A DNA stretch of 64,000 nucleotides from the human T2T-CHM13v2.0 reference genome, Homo sapiens, in NCBI RefSeq assembly GCF_009914755.1, contig NC_060926.1. One strand, given 5' to 3'. This document shows, piece by piece, positions 1-15,141 of this stretch. Each line of letters opens with the position of its first letter. The first letter of the stretch is position 1. Below the pieces are notes generated by a model that had not been told where the DNA came from, ran no database searches, and saw only the letters and a list, made by a program, of their open reading frames with translations. The position numbers and the translations under genes were made by a program.

Positions 1-414
1 GAACCTAGAAGTCCAAACTCATTCATTCAATAGATAAATATGTAAATAGGAAGAAAATCAGAAAACAAATCATGCTACTAAAAACTTTGGAATGGCTTGA
101 ATTAAGATCAGTAGGAATCCAGGCTCAAGTTTTAAACAGATCATGCTACACACTCCTATGCACTGTGTAAGTCCACACTGGTTCAACGATGGTTCCTGAT
201 AGCTGAGGCTCACCAGAAGTTACAATTCCAGGAACAGGAAGAAAGGGGAAGTAAGTCGTCATGGTTAAGCACATGGCCCTGGAAGCCAACTCTCACCCAC
301 ACCCATTAGCCACCTGCTGGGATATGAGCCAACAGGTCACTAACCTCTTTGAGTTGCAATCCCCTGGCTGCCTCTAGTCCTCAGTGCCTCTTCTTCAGTG
401 GAGCTGCAGAACTA

Positions 415-1586
415 CAGTCAGGCACTGCATCAGGACAGGTCAATCAAGGAACTGCACATTCAGTGGTGGTCATGCAAAATTATCATGGAGCTGAAAATTT
501 CCTGTTGCCTAGGGACTTCATAGCCATTGGGATGTCACAGTATAATGCATTGCTCACATGATTGTGATGATGCTGGTGTAGGTACCTACTGCACTGCCCT
601 TGTATAAAAGTATAGCTCATGCAATTATGTACAGTACAGAATACTTGATAATGATGGTAAACAACTATGTTACTGGTTTATTTATTAGATTATACTTTTA
701 ATTGTTATTTTGGAGTGTTAATAACTTATTAAAGAGAGAAAAAAGAAAAAGTTAACTGTAAAACAGCCTTCAGGAGGATTCCAGAAGGAGACACTGCTAT
801 CATAGAGATGATAGCTCCATGCATGTTATTGCCCCTGAAGACCCTCCAGTGGAACAAGATGTGGAGATGGAAGACAGTGACATTGAGGATCCTGACCCTG
901 TGTAGACCTAGGCTCATTGTATGTGGATCTTAATTTTTAACAAAAAAGTGAAAAGGTAAAAAACAAATAGAAACTAGTTTATAGAATAATGATATAAAGA
1001 AACAGCTTTTGTACAGATGTACAATGTGTTTGTATTTTAAGCTAAGTGTTATTACAAGAGTCAAAAGTGGAAAATTTTAAAGTTTATAAAGTAAAAAAGT
1101 TACAGTAAGTTAACATTAATTTATTATCAAAGAAAGACATTTTAAAATAGATTTAGTGTTGCCTAAGTATCCAGGGTTTATGAAGTCTACAGCGGTGTAC
1201 ACTAATGTCCTAGGGCTTCGCATTCAGTCCTCACTCACTGACTCACCCAGAGCAACTTTCAGTCCTGCAAGCTCCATGCATAGTAAGTGCCCTATACAGG
1301 AGGATCATTTGAAAAAAATCTTTTATACCATATTTTTACTATTTTTTCTATGTTTAGATACATATTACTTACTATTGTGTTACAGTTGCCTACAGTATTC
1401 AGTACAGAAGCAGGCTGTGCAGGTTTGTAGCCTAGGAACAATAGGCCATACCACACAGCCTCAGTGTGTAGTGGGCTGTACCATCTAGGTCTGTGTAAGC
1501 ACACTCTATGACACTTGCAGAGCAATCAAATTGCCTCACAACGTGTTTTGCAGAATGTATCCCTGTCGTTAAGTGACATATGACTA
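415..1586 (+). mobile_element. Tigger3-family (Tigger3b/MER7-like) non-autonomous TcMar DNA transposon
   Basis: Starts TA|CAGTCA at 413-420 and ends GTCGTTAAGTGACATATGACTA at 1586, resembling the Tigger3 termini. Contains the typical GCCCCTGAAGACCCTCCAGTGGAACAAGATGTGGAGATGGAAGACAGTGAC block. ~1.17 kb, with MIR-like sequence on both sides. Confidence 0.85.
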
Positions 1587-1609
1587 TGTTTAAATACTTG
1601 GGAGAAAAG

Positions 1610-1890
1610 CACGAGTTTCAGTTTTCCCATCGTTTTTGTTAGTAGAACCTGGACGTTGGTGTTGTCTTCTGTAAAATGGGAACAAAAATACCTTGCAAGG
1701 CTGCTGTGAAGTTTAAAGGTTAATGATGTAACCAAGCAGCTAAAACAGACTGATGCAATCCTCACTCACTACAGCATACAACAATGCTGGTATGGTTAAT
1801 ATTCTTGATTTACAGATGTAGATATCCAGGTACAGAGATACCACTGTGAAGCTCTTAGCACACTGTAAGCATCCAACAAATATTAGCTTT
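1610..1890 (+). mobile_element. MIR SINE fragment
   Basis: CAGTTTTCCCATC, TCTGTAAAATGGGAACAAAAATACCTTGCAAGGCTGCTGTGAAG and CTTAGCACACTGTAAGCATCCAACAAATATTAGC resemble the MIR core and tail. Confidence 0.6.
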
Positions 1891-1944
1891 AGGGATTTTG
1901 GTTTAGAAAATATTCTTTCATTGGAATCGCTCGAAGAAAAGTGT

Positions 1945-2306
1945 TTGACAGGGCTGCTATAACAAAGTGCCATCAACTGGGTGGCTTAGACAACAGAAAT
2001 TTATTTTTTCATAATTTTGGAGGCCAGAACTCCAAGATCATGGTGTCAGCAGGGTTGGTTTCTTGATCCTTGTAGATGCTGCCTTCTCTCTGTGTCTTTT
2101 CATAGTCTTTCCTCTGTGTGGGTCTGTGTCCTAATCTCCTCCTTATAAGGACACCAATCACACTGGAGTGGGGTTCATTCTAATAATCTCATTTTATCTT
2201 AATTACCTCTTTAAAGTCGTTATCTACAAATACAGTCACATTCTGGGTTACTGAGGGTTAGGACTTCAGTGTTTGACTTTTGGGGGACATAATTCAGCGC
2301 ATCACA
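1945..2306 (-). mobile_element. MLT1A/B-type MaLR solo LTR
   Basis: GGGCTGCTATAACAAAGTGCCATCAACTGGGTGGCTTAGACAACAGAAATTTATT ... AATACAGTCACATTCTG ... GGGGACATAATTCAGCGCATCACA is the reverse complement of an MLT1A-like LTR. Confidence 0.85.
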
Positions 2307-2416
2307 AGGGGTAAATAAAAACAATCAGCTTAGTTCAGTCTAGGTGATCTCGGCAATAGAACTGTCTCCAGCTATGCTGTTAGGTTCAGTGCTTTGGCAC
2401 ATAATTAAGAATGCTA

Positions 2417-4878
<2,462 letters not shown>

Positions 4879-4888
4879 AAGAATGCTA

Positions 4889-5053
4889 GGGAGGGGGGCA
4901 GAGGCTGTGAAACTACCTCTTGGGTATTATGTTCAGTACCTAGGTGATGGGATCATTCGTACCCCAATCCTCAGCTTCATGCAATACACCCAGGTAATGA
5001 ACCTGCACGTGTACTCCCTGAATTTAAAGTAAAAATTGAAAAAAAAAAAAAAA
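4889..5053 (+). mobile_element. Short 3' end of an older L1 (L1PA13-16/L1PB-like) with poly(A)
   Basis: AAACTACCTCTTGGGTATTATGTTCAGTACCTAGGTGATGGGATCATTCGTACCCCAATCCTCAGC ... AACCTGCACGTGTACTCCCTGAATTTAAAGTAAAA followed by an A tract and AAGAATGC. Confidence 0.85.
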
Positions 5054-5893
5054 GAATGCCTATGACTTTGATGTCCCTAAGTTATATAAAGAAACCACTG
5101 CTGAAGTTGCCCTTTCCCCAGCCAGGGAAATTTGATCCCTTGAAACCCTTAAAAATACAGCAGTAATAATGATGGGAAAAGCTTCCATTGCCACAGATCT
5201 TTTGTTTCGTAACAAAGAAGTGCATGTTATCAGGAAATTTTGACAAGAAGTGGTTAAACCGTGAAGGACTATTTCTTTGTTCGCCATCGTTCATCCAAGA
5301 CCAAACTTCACTGGCATTCAGATAAGGAGGAGTTGGCTGGAGTGCTGCCCTGCCTTGGTATTTGGTGCACAGTCCTGGGAGGATCCTGGTGCTGGGACAG
5401 TCCTGGTTTTGTAGATTCCTAGTGCCTAGAGGACACAACTCAAGGAGAGAAAAGGACAGTTTGGGACAACAGGTGGGTGGGCAGTCTTGAAAATTGGTAG
5501 CCACAGACGCCCAGCGAGAGTGAAGAAGGACAGGTGGCTTCATTCTGTGGTTGATGATTCCCTCATGGAAGTTCTTGTTCAGGTTTGTCTGTTGCTACTT
5601 TGAAATTTATTGTTTATTTGTATTCTTGTTCTTTTGACATTATTCTTTTTAATTTCAATGCCACTGCTTTTGTATGTAAATTAATTCATTTTTTAAAATT
5701 TTACTCTTTCAGGACATTGCACATTAACAAAGAGGCTAGAAGAGGATAATTAGTACAAATTAGCCATTCATGCAACAGGCAGTGTTCAAAGAGGCTTCAA
5801 GTTCAAGGGAGCTCAGAGTTCCATTTTCCACCGAAAAGCTTTAAACAGACTGAATATTAGTGGACATTTTTGAATAATTTTAAAACATAATTT

Positions 5894-5928
5894 TACACCT
5901 GATCTTAGCCAGAAGGCTGAGAAGTGAT
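5894..5928 (-). pseudogene. RNU2: U2 snRNA 5'-fragment pseudogene (nt 1-35)
   Basis: Reverse complement ATCACTTCTCAGCCTTCTGGCTAAGATCAGGTGTA matches U2 1-35 (ATCGCTTCTCGGCCTTTTGGCTAAGATCAAGTGTA) at 31/35; two mismatches are CpG transitions. Confidence 0.88.
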
Positions 5929-6569
5929 AACAAAAGTGTCAGTATTCTGGAGAGATATTCCTCAGTTGTTATCACTTACCACAGTAACTAACATCGATGT
6001 TGGACATGCTGTTTTTATAACAACATTCTTTTTTTATATTATTCTTTAATTTTATAAGACTTCATAGGACACAGGCAATACAAATCTGCTATGTTATTCC
6101 TTTTTGTCTCTCCTTGTAATTTACAACCTGAAAATGTTGACTGTACAACAAACCAGAATGTTTTAAAAATCCCAAGCTAGATTGTGCTACTCCTTTTTTG
6201 TGGTTCTTTAGTAAGAGTCTGCCTGGAAGCTCTTTATGAGGGTAAAAAGGCTGGGATTTTGAAGGCAGAGAGTCAAATTCTTGCACTCCCCCATTTAAGA
6301 TCTTTGTTGATGTAGGCAAGATTCCTCATTTACCTCAGGGATAGTGTCCTCACAGGGAAATTGACAAATAACCAGGAGAACATCTGGAATGTACACGGCA
6401 GGCAATCGGAGACACTTTTGCTGTTGCCTAGGAATGGATACACCCTGGTTAGAGTAAAGCGTATCTCTTCTCCACGCCTTCCATTGTCTACTTTCTCTTT
6501 GAAACATCTTAGGGATAATTATTAGGAATAAATACTGAGAAAAATAGCACCGGCAATAAAAGTAGCTGC

Positions 6570-6775
6570 AATAATAATAGTAAAAGCTAATATTGATGTA
6601 CGATGCACAAGGCACCGGGCTGTGCTTTATGTGAGATTCCTTCTTTACTTGTCACTACCATTTCATAAGGGAACTACTATAGCACATGCTACTGCTAAGA
6701 ACCCCAAATGGGTTGAGAAACTTGATCAGGATCACACCTCCATGCTACTAAGCGGCAGTCAGGATTTGTTTCACC
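6570..6775 (-). mobile_element. MIR SINE (diverged)
   Basis: ATAATAATAGTAAAAGCTAATATTGATG ... GGTTGAGAAACTTGATCAGGATCACAC ... GGCAGTCAGGATTTG resembles antisense MIR. Confidence 0.55.
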
Positions 6776-7985
6776 AGATATCTCAGATCAATACTAATGA
6801 AGCTCTTTGGATACATAAAGGAATAAATTATGGTTCATTTCCATTTCAAATGGAAATAAATAACAAAGAAAATAAAAAAATTAAATTTTCTAGCCAACGG
6901 ATTGATAATTTTTAAGTAAGGAATCAATTACAATTGGACATAAGATTGTCTATACAGCTGTTGTCAACTTCTTGCAGCCAAACTCTGTGAGATCCATTCT
7001 TCTTGGTGGTCACATAGCAATGTTTATTTTAAAAGTTGTATAATTTCTGCTCCTAGTCTGAAGGATAAGTAATACAGCATTTCTACGGCCAAAACAAAGA
7101 AGAAAGCAGACAGGAATGTTCCAGGTTTTCATAATTCTTCAAATTGTAATAGAATAGATATTATATTAACAATTATAATTATAATTTAAATGTCAGAAAT
7201 TTTAAATATTTTATGCATGTGTGATTATAGAGACACATTCTCCAAACTAAATTCATTAAAAATATTATTTCATTAGATACATATTTAATATTTTTTGGTT
7301 TGTGATATGTTTTAATATCTTAATATTATTAAATATGTGTTCTTAGGACCTGCTCAGTTGGGTAGGATTAAACATAACAGTCCTACTATCTGAGTAGTGG
7401 ATTCTGACGTTAGAGATAATTATCCCTAAAAAGGGGGTTGCATAAATTTTAAAAGGAGGCTGTATATATTTAAATGGAAGTAAATTGATGTAACAGATAA
7501 TCTTTATCTTTTTGGTGATAATCTTAAAATAATGCAAAGAGGATCTTTGAAATAATTGTTGGTGAACACGTGCTATTAGAGCTGGGTGCATTCTTTCTTT
7601 GCATCGTTCCCAACTCAGGAAAAAGCCCCAGGGCATTGTGGGAAGTCGGAATTATAGTGTCTGAATTTTGAATAGTATTTGGCTGAATGTAAACATGACA
7701 ACATTTTACTAATAGAGTACCTGAAGGGCCTGGTTTGCCGTGACTTGTAGAAATTAAACTTCTTTATTCGATTCCTCACAGAGCCCAGGGGACAGGCTGA
7801 GGCTCAATGGTAGCATCAACTACCAATATCAAATTGTGCACGTGTATCCTAGAAATTCCTTTTCTGTAGGCCATATTACAAAGTTTGATCAACTCAGTGT
7901 TTCATATCTTCAGTGAGATATATATTCTGAGAATCGAGCTCTCTAGTCATCACAAGATTGACAGCTGACCTCAGGGCTCAAGTAC

Positions 7986-8430
7986 TGCATCAGTCAGCTT
8001 AGGCTAAGTTATGTGGTAGTAACAAACATGCTCCAAGTCTTTGTGGCTTATAAAAATCTAGGTTAATTTTTGGGTCATGCTACTCATCTGGTACAAGTCA
8101 GCTACATTTCTTGTACCCAGGATAAAGAAGCAGCTCCTGTCTGGAATATTGCCTGTTTCATGGCAGAAAATAATGAGACCATGACAGAGTCTCATATGAG
8201 ATTTTAAAGCTTTTGCTCCGTGGTGTCACATGCCACTTGCTCTGACATTTTCTTGGCCAAAGGAAGTCATATGGCCATGACTGATGTCATTGAATAAAAA
8301 ATGTATAATCCTTTCCTAGAGAGGGGCATTCTAATTCATATGGCTAAATCTGATGTCAATGGTTTGAAGATATATTATCTTCCCACCAGAAAAGGTGGTG
8401 TTTATTTCAACTAGTAACACAACCTACCAG
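7986..8430 (-). mobile_element. Old MaLR solo LTR (MLT1J/K-like)
   Basis: TGCATCAGTCAGCTTAGGCTAAGTTATGTGGTAGTAACAAAC ... CATTTTCTTGGCCAAAGGAAGTCATATGGCCA. Confidence 0.7.
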
Positions 8431-9366
8431 TTTCCTAAGAAGAAATTAGTAATCTAGCTTTGTCCAGAGCATATCCAGTATCTTATCCTAACAGATAAAT
8501 AAGCTAAGGAGAAAAATAATTCTCCTCCAGTGTCTTTACGATTAGCAAATAGCCCTTCAGGCAGTAGACAAGACGTCTGATTCTGGCGAAGGCAGAGGTC
8601 AATGATTTCTTTGGTGGTTGGATGCCTCAAATGAAAAAATCTCCAGTTTGGCAGCTGTATGTAAAGGGAGATATCTAGTCAGTAATTAGTTCTTTGTGCA
8701 AAAAGAACTAATTACTGACTAGATATCTATTAAGCATTAGCTCTTGTGGGAGAACCTGGGAGCAACAGTTATGCACCCACATATTTTGTGGACTTGAAGT
8801 GTGCAGAACTCAGCAGAGCATATTGTCAGGAAGCAGTGCTGTAGAACATGCTGGACACATATGCCAGAAGGGACTCTGCCCCGGAGGAGGCAATAGAGCA
8901 ATGCCAGCCCATCTCTGTGGAGGGGCTAATATGCTATAATACTTCCCCGGGATTACTTACTGGGAATGTCCGGAGGCTCACCATGGCCATTGCAAGTGCA
9001 GTAGAGAGTTGTTTTTGCATGTCTTCATAATGTTACTTTGGGTTCAATATGGCCAATCTATTTAAAGTGGGGATTTGATAACCTAGTCCAATCTAATTGG
9101 AATATTTTTCTTTAGCTTAGTCAAGGGTCCAAACAATGAAATTTGAGCCCTGTCACCTCCTCTGTCTCTCACCAGGTGAATACAGCCTCTCAGACAGTGT
9201 CTCTGGCACAACAAAGATGACGGTTTGGTTCCCCATACATTTACCTGGTCAATATTCTTCAGGATTCAGCAGAAACCTTCCCTCTGGGACACTTTCTTTT
9301 TTAACCCTTTCACTGCCTTGCCAGGGCCCCACACAGTTTAGTCATCACTATCTGTCAGTCCAAGGA

Positions 9367-9954
9367 CAGTAAGTCCTCACTTAACATCATCCATGGGTTG
9401 TTGGAAACTGACTTTAAGCAAAACTCTGTATTTATAGGGAAATTAATGTTTAGGCTAATTGAACCTAAACGAGAGTTAGGTTCCTATGGCCTGTTGTTGG
9501 TCATAAAAACATCACCAAACTTCTAATATAAAGACCAAACTTCTAAATAAAGACCAAAACACTTCTAATATTAAACACTAAAATACATGTGAACTGTACA
9601 GACATTTAAAAAATAATAAAAACAAGATAATTATTTCCCTTCCTATCCCAGTTTGGGGTGGGAGGTGGCCAGTGCTTAGCCTGGTAGCTCAGGGTGCCAG
9701 GCGGGAACCAGTCCCGGATAGGACCCATCTCATCACAAGTTGCACTCACACACACACAGACTGGGCCCATGTAGGCACATGGATTCACCTAATGTGCATG
9801 TTTTTGGGATGTGCAAGGGAACCAGAGTACCTAGAGAAAACCCACACAGACATGGGGAGAACATGCCAACTCCACACAGACTGTGGCCCCAGCAGAAATC
9901 AGTTCTTTTTCTCATCCATGTTATAGTGTAATGATGTTATTCCAGGACCTGCTG
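9367..9954 (-). mobile_element. MER6A-like Tigger-family DNA transposon
   Basis: Ends CAGTAAGTCCTCACTTAAC (9367) and TTATTCCAGGACCTGCTG|TA (9954). Minus strand reads CACAGTCTGTGTGGAGTTGGCATGTTCTCCCCATGTCTGTGTGGG, typical of MER6. Confidence 0.85.
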
Positions 9955-10239
9955 TAGTCCATATACTTGTATATGTGTAACCATCAGCCTGCATTGGGTG
10001 ATCTGTTTACATGTCTATCTCCCATAGTGAACTAAACATGTATCCTATGTCTGCTTCTTCAGAATAAATTAGGTATCTCTGTGTTCTCAGGTACCATCCA
10101 TATCTTCTCAACCTTGTACCACTAACAACTAAATGCTCAATAAAAGTTGGTAAATTGGATTAGCTTCCAATTTGCCTGTGCTGGAAGGGTAACACTTAAA
10201 ATATCTGCCTATACTTTCAAGCAGAGAATTCTATGTGTT

Positions 10240-10400
10240 AATAATTGACATTTCTTGAGTACTCACCGCAGACTACGCTCAATCCTTTATATGTGCTATT
10301 TCATTTCATTTAGTCCTCACTGAATCCCCATAAGCTCAGTATTAATGTCTCTATTTTATTGATTAAAAAATAAAATTGAGGATATGAGACAGATTAGGTA
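10240..10400 (-). mobile_element. MIR SINE fragment
   Basis: ATAATTGACATTTCTTGAGTACTCAC ... TTCATTTAGTCCTCAC ... CTCTATTTTATTGAT ... AAATTGAGG. Confidence 0.55.
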
Positions 10401-11797
10401 CTACTTAGGGATTTTATGAGTCTTCAAATATTGCTGTCTATCTTCAAAAAGACAAATAAAAAGAAACTAGATATTAGTAACTTATGAAGGTGTAAGTTCT
10501 AGCTTCTGTCTTGAACACATCCTTAATATTTTTGAATACTAGATTCATTCCAACCAATATTTTTCCAGAGTTTCTTCCTGGTGTTGAGTAAAGCCTCTGA
10601 TGTGTAAGCATATAAGATGGTGGGGAAATATGGCTAAACTTCTTTCTCAGAATTATGCAAGTGTTCTTGTACCTTACTTTCCTGAAGTCTGTACCATAAA
10701 CATCTTATATGTCAATTAAAATTCAAATATACAATTGAATATCTTTCTATGCATTTTCATATCTCCATATATCATGCAGGAAATCAAATGTGACTGGTTT
10801 ATCCAATGAGTTACATTTGCTAGGTAAGCAGGAAACAACTCCATTATTTCAAACCACTATTTCAAATGAGTTCTGATGCATTCCCTTGCTGAGCCAGGAT
10901 GACAGAGCAGGAGAAGCTCAATTCTAAGCTGGTCACTTTGCCACATCAGGAGTTGGTGGCCTAAAGTACATCCACATCAAGACTTGAACCTGGCATCCAG
11001 GAGAAAGCTGCAATTCTGCCCCCAGCTCAAGCTCGACCCCAGCTTGAGGCCTCACAAGGGGGGAACGTGTCTAGCTTTGCTTTGTTTCTGTTTCCTGTTT
11101 CTCTGAGCTTCTATGCTTAGATGTTTCCAGCTCCTCTATAGTTGGGATGGAGGTAAAGGAGTGAACTCTTTCCCAGCTGGGCTTTTGCACTAGGATCGTG
11201 GGATTCCCTGTGTGGTACATAGCAAATACTGTGCATTCTCTCACAGGACACTTTTATAGGCTCTTTCCAGATCTCACATGGGGCGTTCCCTTATTCCATG
11301 GTTCACCAACTTGGCTGCTGAGTTTTCTTTCTCACCCTTATGAAGTCCTCAGCTTGCCCTCTGGCTCGCAGCTTCTTTCTGCTGGCGAGCCTTTTCAGGC
11401 AGACCTACCAGAACCATGCATGTCCACCCAGTGTTAGGAGTGCAAGCGTCTCCCACTCAGCCACTCTTCATGGCTCTCTGGTCAAAGGCAGCCTCTTGAC
11501 TTCAGATTTCTGGGGGTATCATTTCTGTGCCTCTCAAACTGTTGGGACACAGGTCAATTCCCCAAATATTTTCATCATTCTCCAGGCCACAGAACCCTTT
11601 CACCTTAACTGGGAGTGGGAGTAAACATCCCCAGACACCTTCCCTGAAGGGAGATACACACTAACGTCCATCTCTTCAAGTAAGCCTCTCACTCTCTCCA
11701 ATCAGCTTCTAGCCTTCTAATATCTAGGCTGGAGGACAGAAATTGGTCATGTGGTCACATAATTAAATTTGGCCACCCCTTTAGCAAAACATGAATG

Positions 11798-12399
11798 TGT
11801 GGTACAGGCAGAATGGTCCCCAAAGATGCCCATGCCCTAATTCCTGTGAATATGCTATATTACCTCACAAGAAGGACTTTGCAGTTGTAATTAAGATGAG
11901 GGATCTTAAAATAGGGACATAATATTGGATTATTCCAATATGTTCAATCTAATGACATGAGCCCTTAAAAGGAAAGAGCTGTGTCAGAGACAGAAATTGA
12001 GGTTAGTGAGATTTAGAGTGTGAGAAAGATTCAATCTGTTGTTCTTGATTTTGAAGACAAAGGGAGCCACCAGCCAGTGAAAGAAGGTGGCCTATGGAAA
12101 CTGGGAATAACTCCTGGCTAGCAGTCAGCAAGGAAATGTAGGCTTCATTTCTGCAACCACAAGAACTGGATTCTGCTGACATTCTGGGTGAGCTGGGAGC
12201 AGATTCTTCCCCAAAGCCTCCAGATAAGCAGTCCAGGCCAGCTGCCATTTTCATTTTCACCTTGTGGTACCCTAAGCAGAGAACCTACCTAACCTGCCTA
12301 GACTTCTGAGTGACAGAGCTATGAGATAATAAATTTGTGTTGCGTTAAACTGGTGAATTTGTGGTGACCTATTACAGCAAGAATAGAAAAATGAATACA
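11798..12399 (+). mobile_element. MLT1E-type MaLR solo LTR
   Basis: TGTGGTACAGGCAGAATGGTCCCCAAAGATG ... GGACTTTGCAGTTGTAATTAAG ... GAGATAATAAATTTGTGTTG ... AATAGAAAAATGAATACA; TG...CA termini, ~600 bp. Confidence 0.85.
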
Positions 12400-13264
12400 G
12401 ATAGTTTGGCTTCTATTTTGAGAATGCAGGAGGTGATTGTCTCCATACTATATTCACCTTTGGGGTCTCTGCCAAGACTACCAGAAAAGTCCCATTTAAT
12501 ATTGTGTTGCGTATTTTCTTTTCTAAGTCAATGCTCAGCCACCTGCTGCTTCTCCAGGGTCTACAGAGGCCAGCAGGTCCATCAAGAAGAGCAACACCTG
12601 GGGAAATTCTGGGCAACAATCAGGAAAGGAGCAGTAGATTAATATTTTATATATTGCTCTTAAAAGAGAGCTAAATGTTTACTTTAATACACAGTTTCCC
12701 TCTATTTTATTGAGCTATATATAGAGAATGGAAATAAAAGCTTACATTCATGTTTCTAAAACCTATGATTTTAAAGCCAGCCTGCTCAGCTTCATACAAA
12801 TTCTCAGCCGCCTACATTTCTCTTCTGTTTGCATTTCCCCATTTCTCAACAATAAAGTATAGAAGAGTAGGAGGCAGAGTGCAAGGTTAAATTCATTATC
12901 ATTAATTGGTTGCTAATGTAGAAAGAAGTGATCAAATAACAACTTTATGTACTGTTTTGAAAGTAGGGCTAGACATTCTGCCACAATATTGATGTCTCAG
13001 GGGTGGAAGGATGAAGTGGGATTCAGGAACACATAGCAGGTGTATTAATGTGAGCTATAAAATGAGCTTTCTGAATCTGTATTTTGAGGGCTACAGAGTC
13101 TCTGCACTAACTGCTAATCTCCCACTTGGAACAATCACTACAGCAGAGGAATAAAGCCAACACTGAAGCCGTTAAACCTTGCATAGTTTCTTGTGTGTTG
13201 ACTCTTGGACTTCAAGGGTGTATGGTACTTCTCAGCTGAATCAGTCAGGGTGGGCTAGGGTGCT

Positions 13265-13350
13265 TGTATTAGTCAGGGTTTTCTAGAGAGACAGAACAAA
13301 TATATATACACACACACACACACATATATTTATATACATATGTGTATATA

Positions 13351-13386
<36 letters not shown>

Positions 13387-13816
13387 ATGAATTCTCAGCT
13401 GCCTGTATTTCTCTTGTGATCATGTAAGTTAATACCAATGAGCTTATTAGGTATTAACTTACATGATCACCAGGTCCCACAATAGGCTGTCTGCAAGCTA
13501 AGGAGCAAGGAGAGCCAGTCCAAGTCCCAAAACTGAAGAACCTGGAGTCCAATGTTCAAGGGCAGGAAGCATCCAGCATGGGAGAAAGATGTAGGCTGAG
13601 AGGCTAGGCCAGTCTCTCATGTTCACATTTTTCTGCCTGCTTTATATTCGCTGGCAGCTGATTAGATTGTGCCCACCAGATTAAGGGTGGATCTACTTTC
13701 CCCAGCCCACTGACTCAAATGTTAATTTTTTTGGCAACACCCTCACAGACACACCCAGGATCAGTCCTTTGTATCCTTCAATCCAATCAAGTTGACACTC
13801 AGTATTAACCATCACC
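13265..13816 (-). mobile_element. HERV-L 3' LTR (MLT2A1-type)
   Basis: TGTATTAGTCAGGGTTTTCTAGAG ... CAATCCAATCAAGTTGACACTCAGTATTAACCATCAC; internal TA/CA/TG microsatellite at ~13301-13386; PPT-like AGTCCATCCCTTGG adjacent. Confidence 0.93.
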
Positions 13817-14226
13817 AGTCCATCCCTTGGCAACTTTAGCTCATACACATCTCATGAGATCATACATAATCTTCAAATAAAGACAATAATAAGGTCATAA
13901 TTATACCTAACATAATACAACTATCCTTCATACAACCAGAAATGCACCAATCTCCAACCCAAATACTACTACATAGAGTTAACAATACTTAAATGCTGAT
14001 ATGAAGTCAATAAATCTTATGTCATATGATAAAAAGATAATTAAATGAAGATATTTTCTTAGTACAAGTGTATACATGCACAAATCTGTTTTAAACAAAA
14101 GAAAGAGGAAATACTCGTGACAATTACAGTCCCCATTTCTGCAGCTGGTCACGTGGTCATAGCTGGTATTGATGACTACCTTCTTCTACTACCCATTCTG
14201 TATTCCCTTTGCCTTCAGCAAGCACC

Positions 14227-15141
14227 TTAGCAGGTCATGGTTTTTATTTTTCCTGGTGGAGTGACCCAAACCTTCATTCCTGAAGGGTCTGGGCCATTTG
14301 TAGTCCTGCCTGAATTGGGCTGTTGTAGTTTCCCATTGACCTTAATCACAGGGCATGTCACCCCAGCCAACATGGTAACTCCCTTCTTAGCCTGTTGACT
14401 TAAAGGTAGGAGGAGCCCAAAGTGTCCAGGTGGCAATCTTAACTTCCAATGTAATGGGATTGTTGTTGTGTCTGCTGGTGGCAGTGTTCCTCCCTCTGAA
14501 ACTAAGACCTCTAGGCCAGCAGAACGTAATGTAGCAGGCACAGGAAGCAAAAATTTTGCTAGTGGATCACTAGGGGTGATGGTGAGTGATGCCACTTCCA
14601 TGTCCACCCCTTGATTCCTGGACCTGTGAATCCTGGCTATGGGAGAAAAAGTACCATATATTGGACACTGATTCAGAGCATACATGGCTTTCTGGAGAAC
14701 TTTGCCCCAGCCCTGCAAAGTATCGTCACCTAGCTGCCATTGTAATTGTGACTTCAAAAGGCCATTCCAACATTCTATCAATCCAGCTGCTTCAGGATGA
14801 TGGAGAACATGGTAAGGCCAGTGAATTCCATGAGCATGAGCCCACTGCTGCACTTCTTTAGCCATAAAGTGAGTGCCTTGGTCAGAGGCAATGCTGTGTG
14901 GAATACCACGATGGGGGACAGGGCATTCTGTGAGTCCACGAATGGTAGTCTTGGAAGAAGCTTTGCATGCAGGATAGGCAAATCCATATTTGGAGTAAGT
15001 GTCTATTCCAGTGAGGACAAACCTCTTCCCTTTCTGTGATGGAGGTGGTCCAATATAATCAACCTGCCAACAGGTAGATGGCTGATTACCCTGAGAAATA
15101 GTGCCATATGAGGGCTCAGTGTTGGTCTCTGCTCTAGGCAC
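14227..15141 (-). pseudogene. HERV-L integrase core plus internally deleted dUTPase remnant (304 open codons)
   Basis: WQVDYIGP, IASDQGTHF and AAGLIE give D-D-35-E; followed by LRLPPGHFGLLLP dUTPase motif. Confidence 0.9.

Noticed and set aside
5082-5543. 153-aa minus-strand ORF
   Set aside because: No recognisable homology and random-looking composition.
9513-9575. Three ~20-bp direct repeats (ACCAAACTTCTAA...) suggesting an array
   Set aside because: Adjacent tandem copies without spacers inside MER6A; not CRISPR-like.
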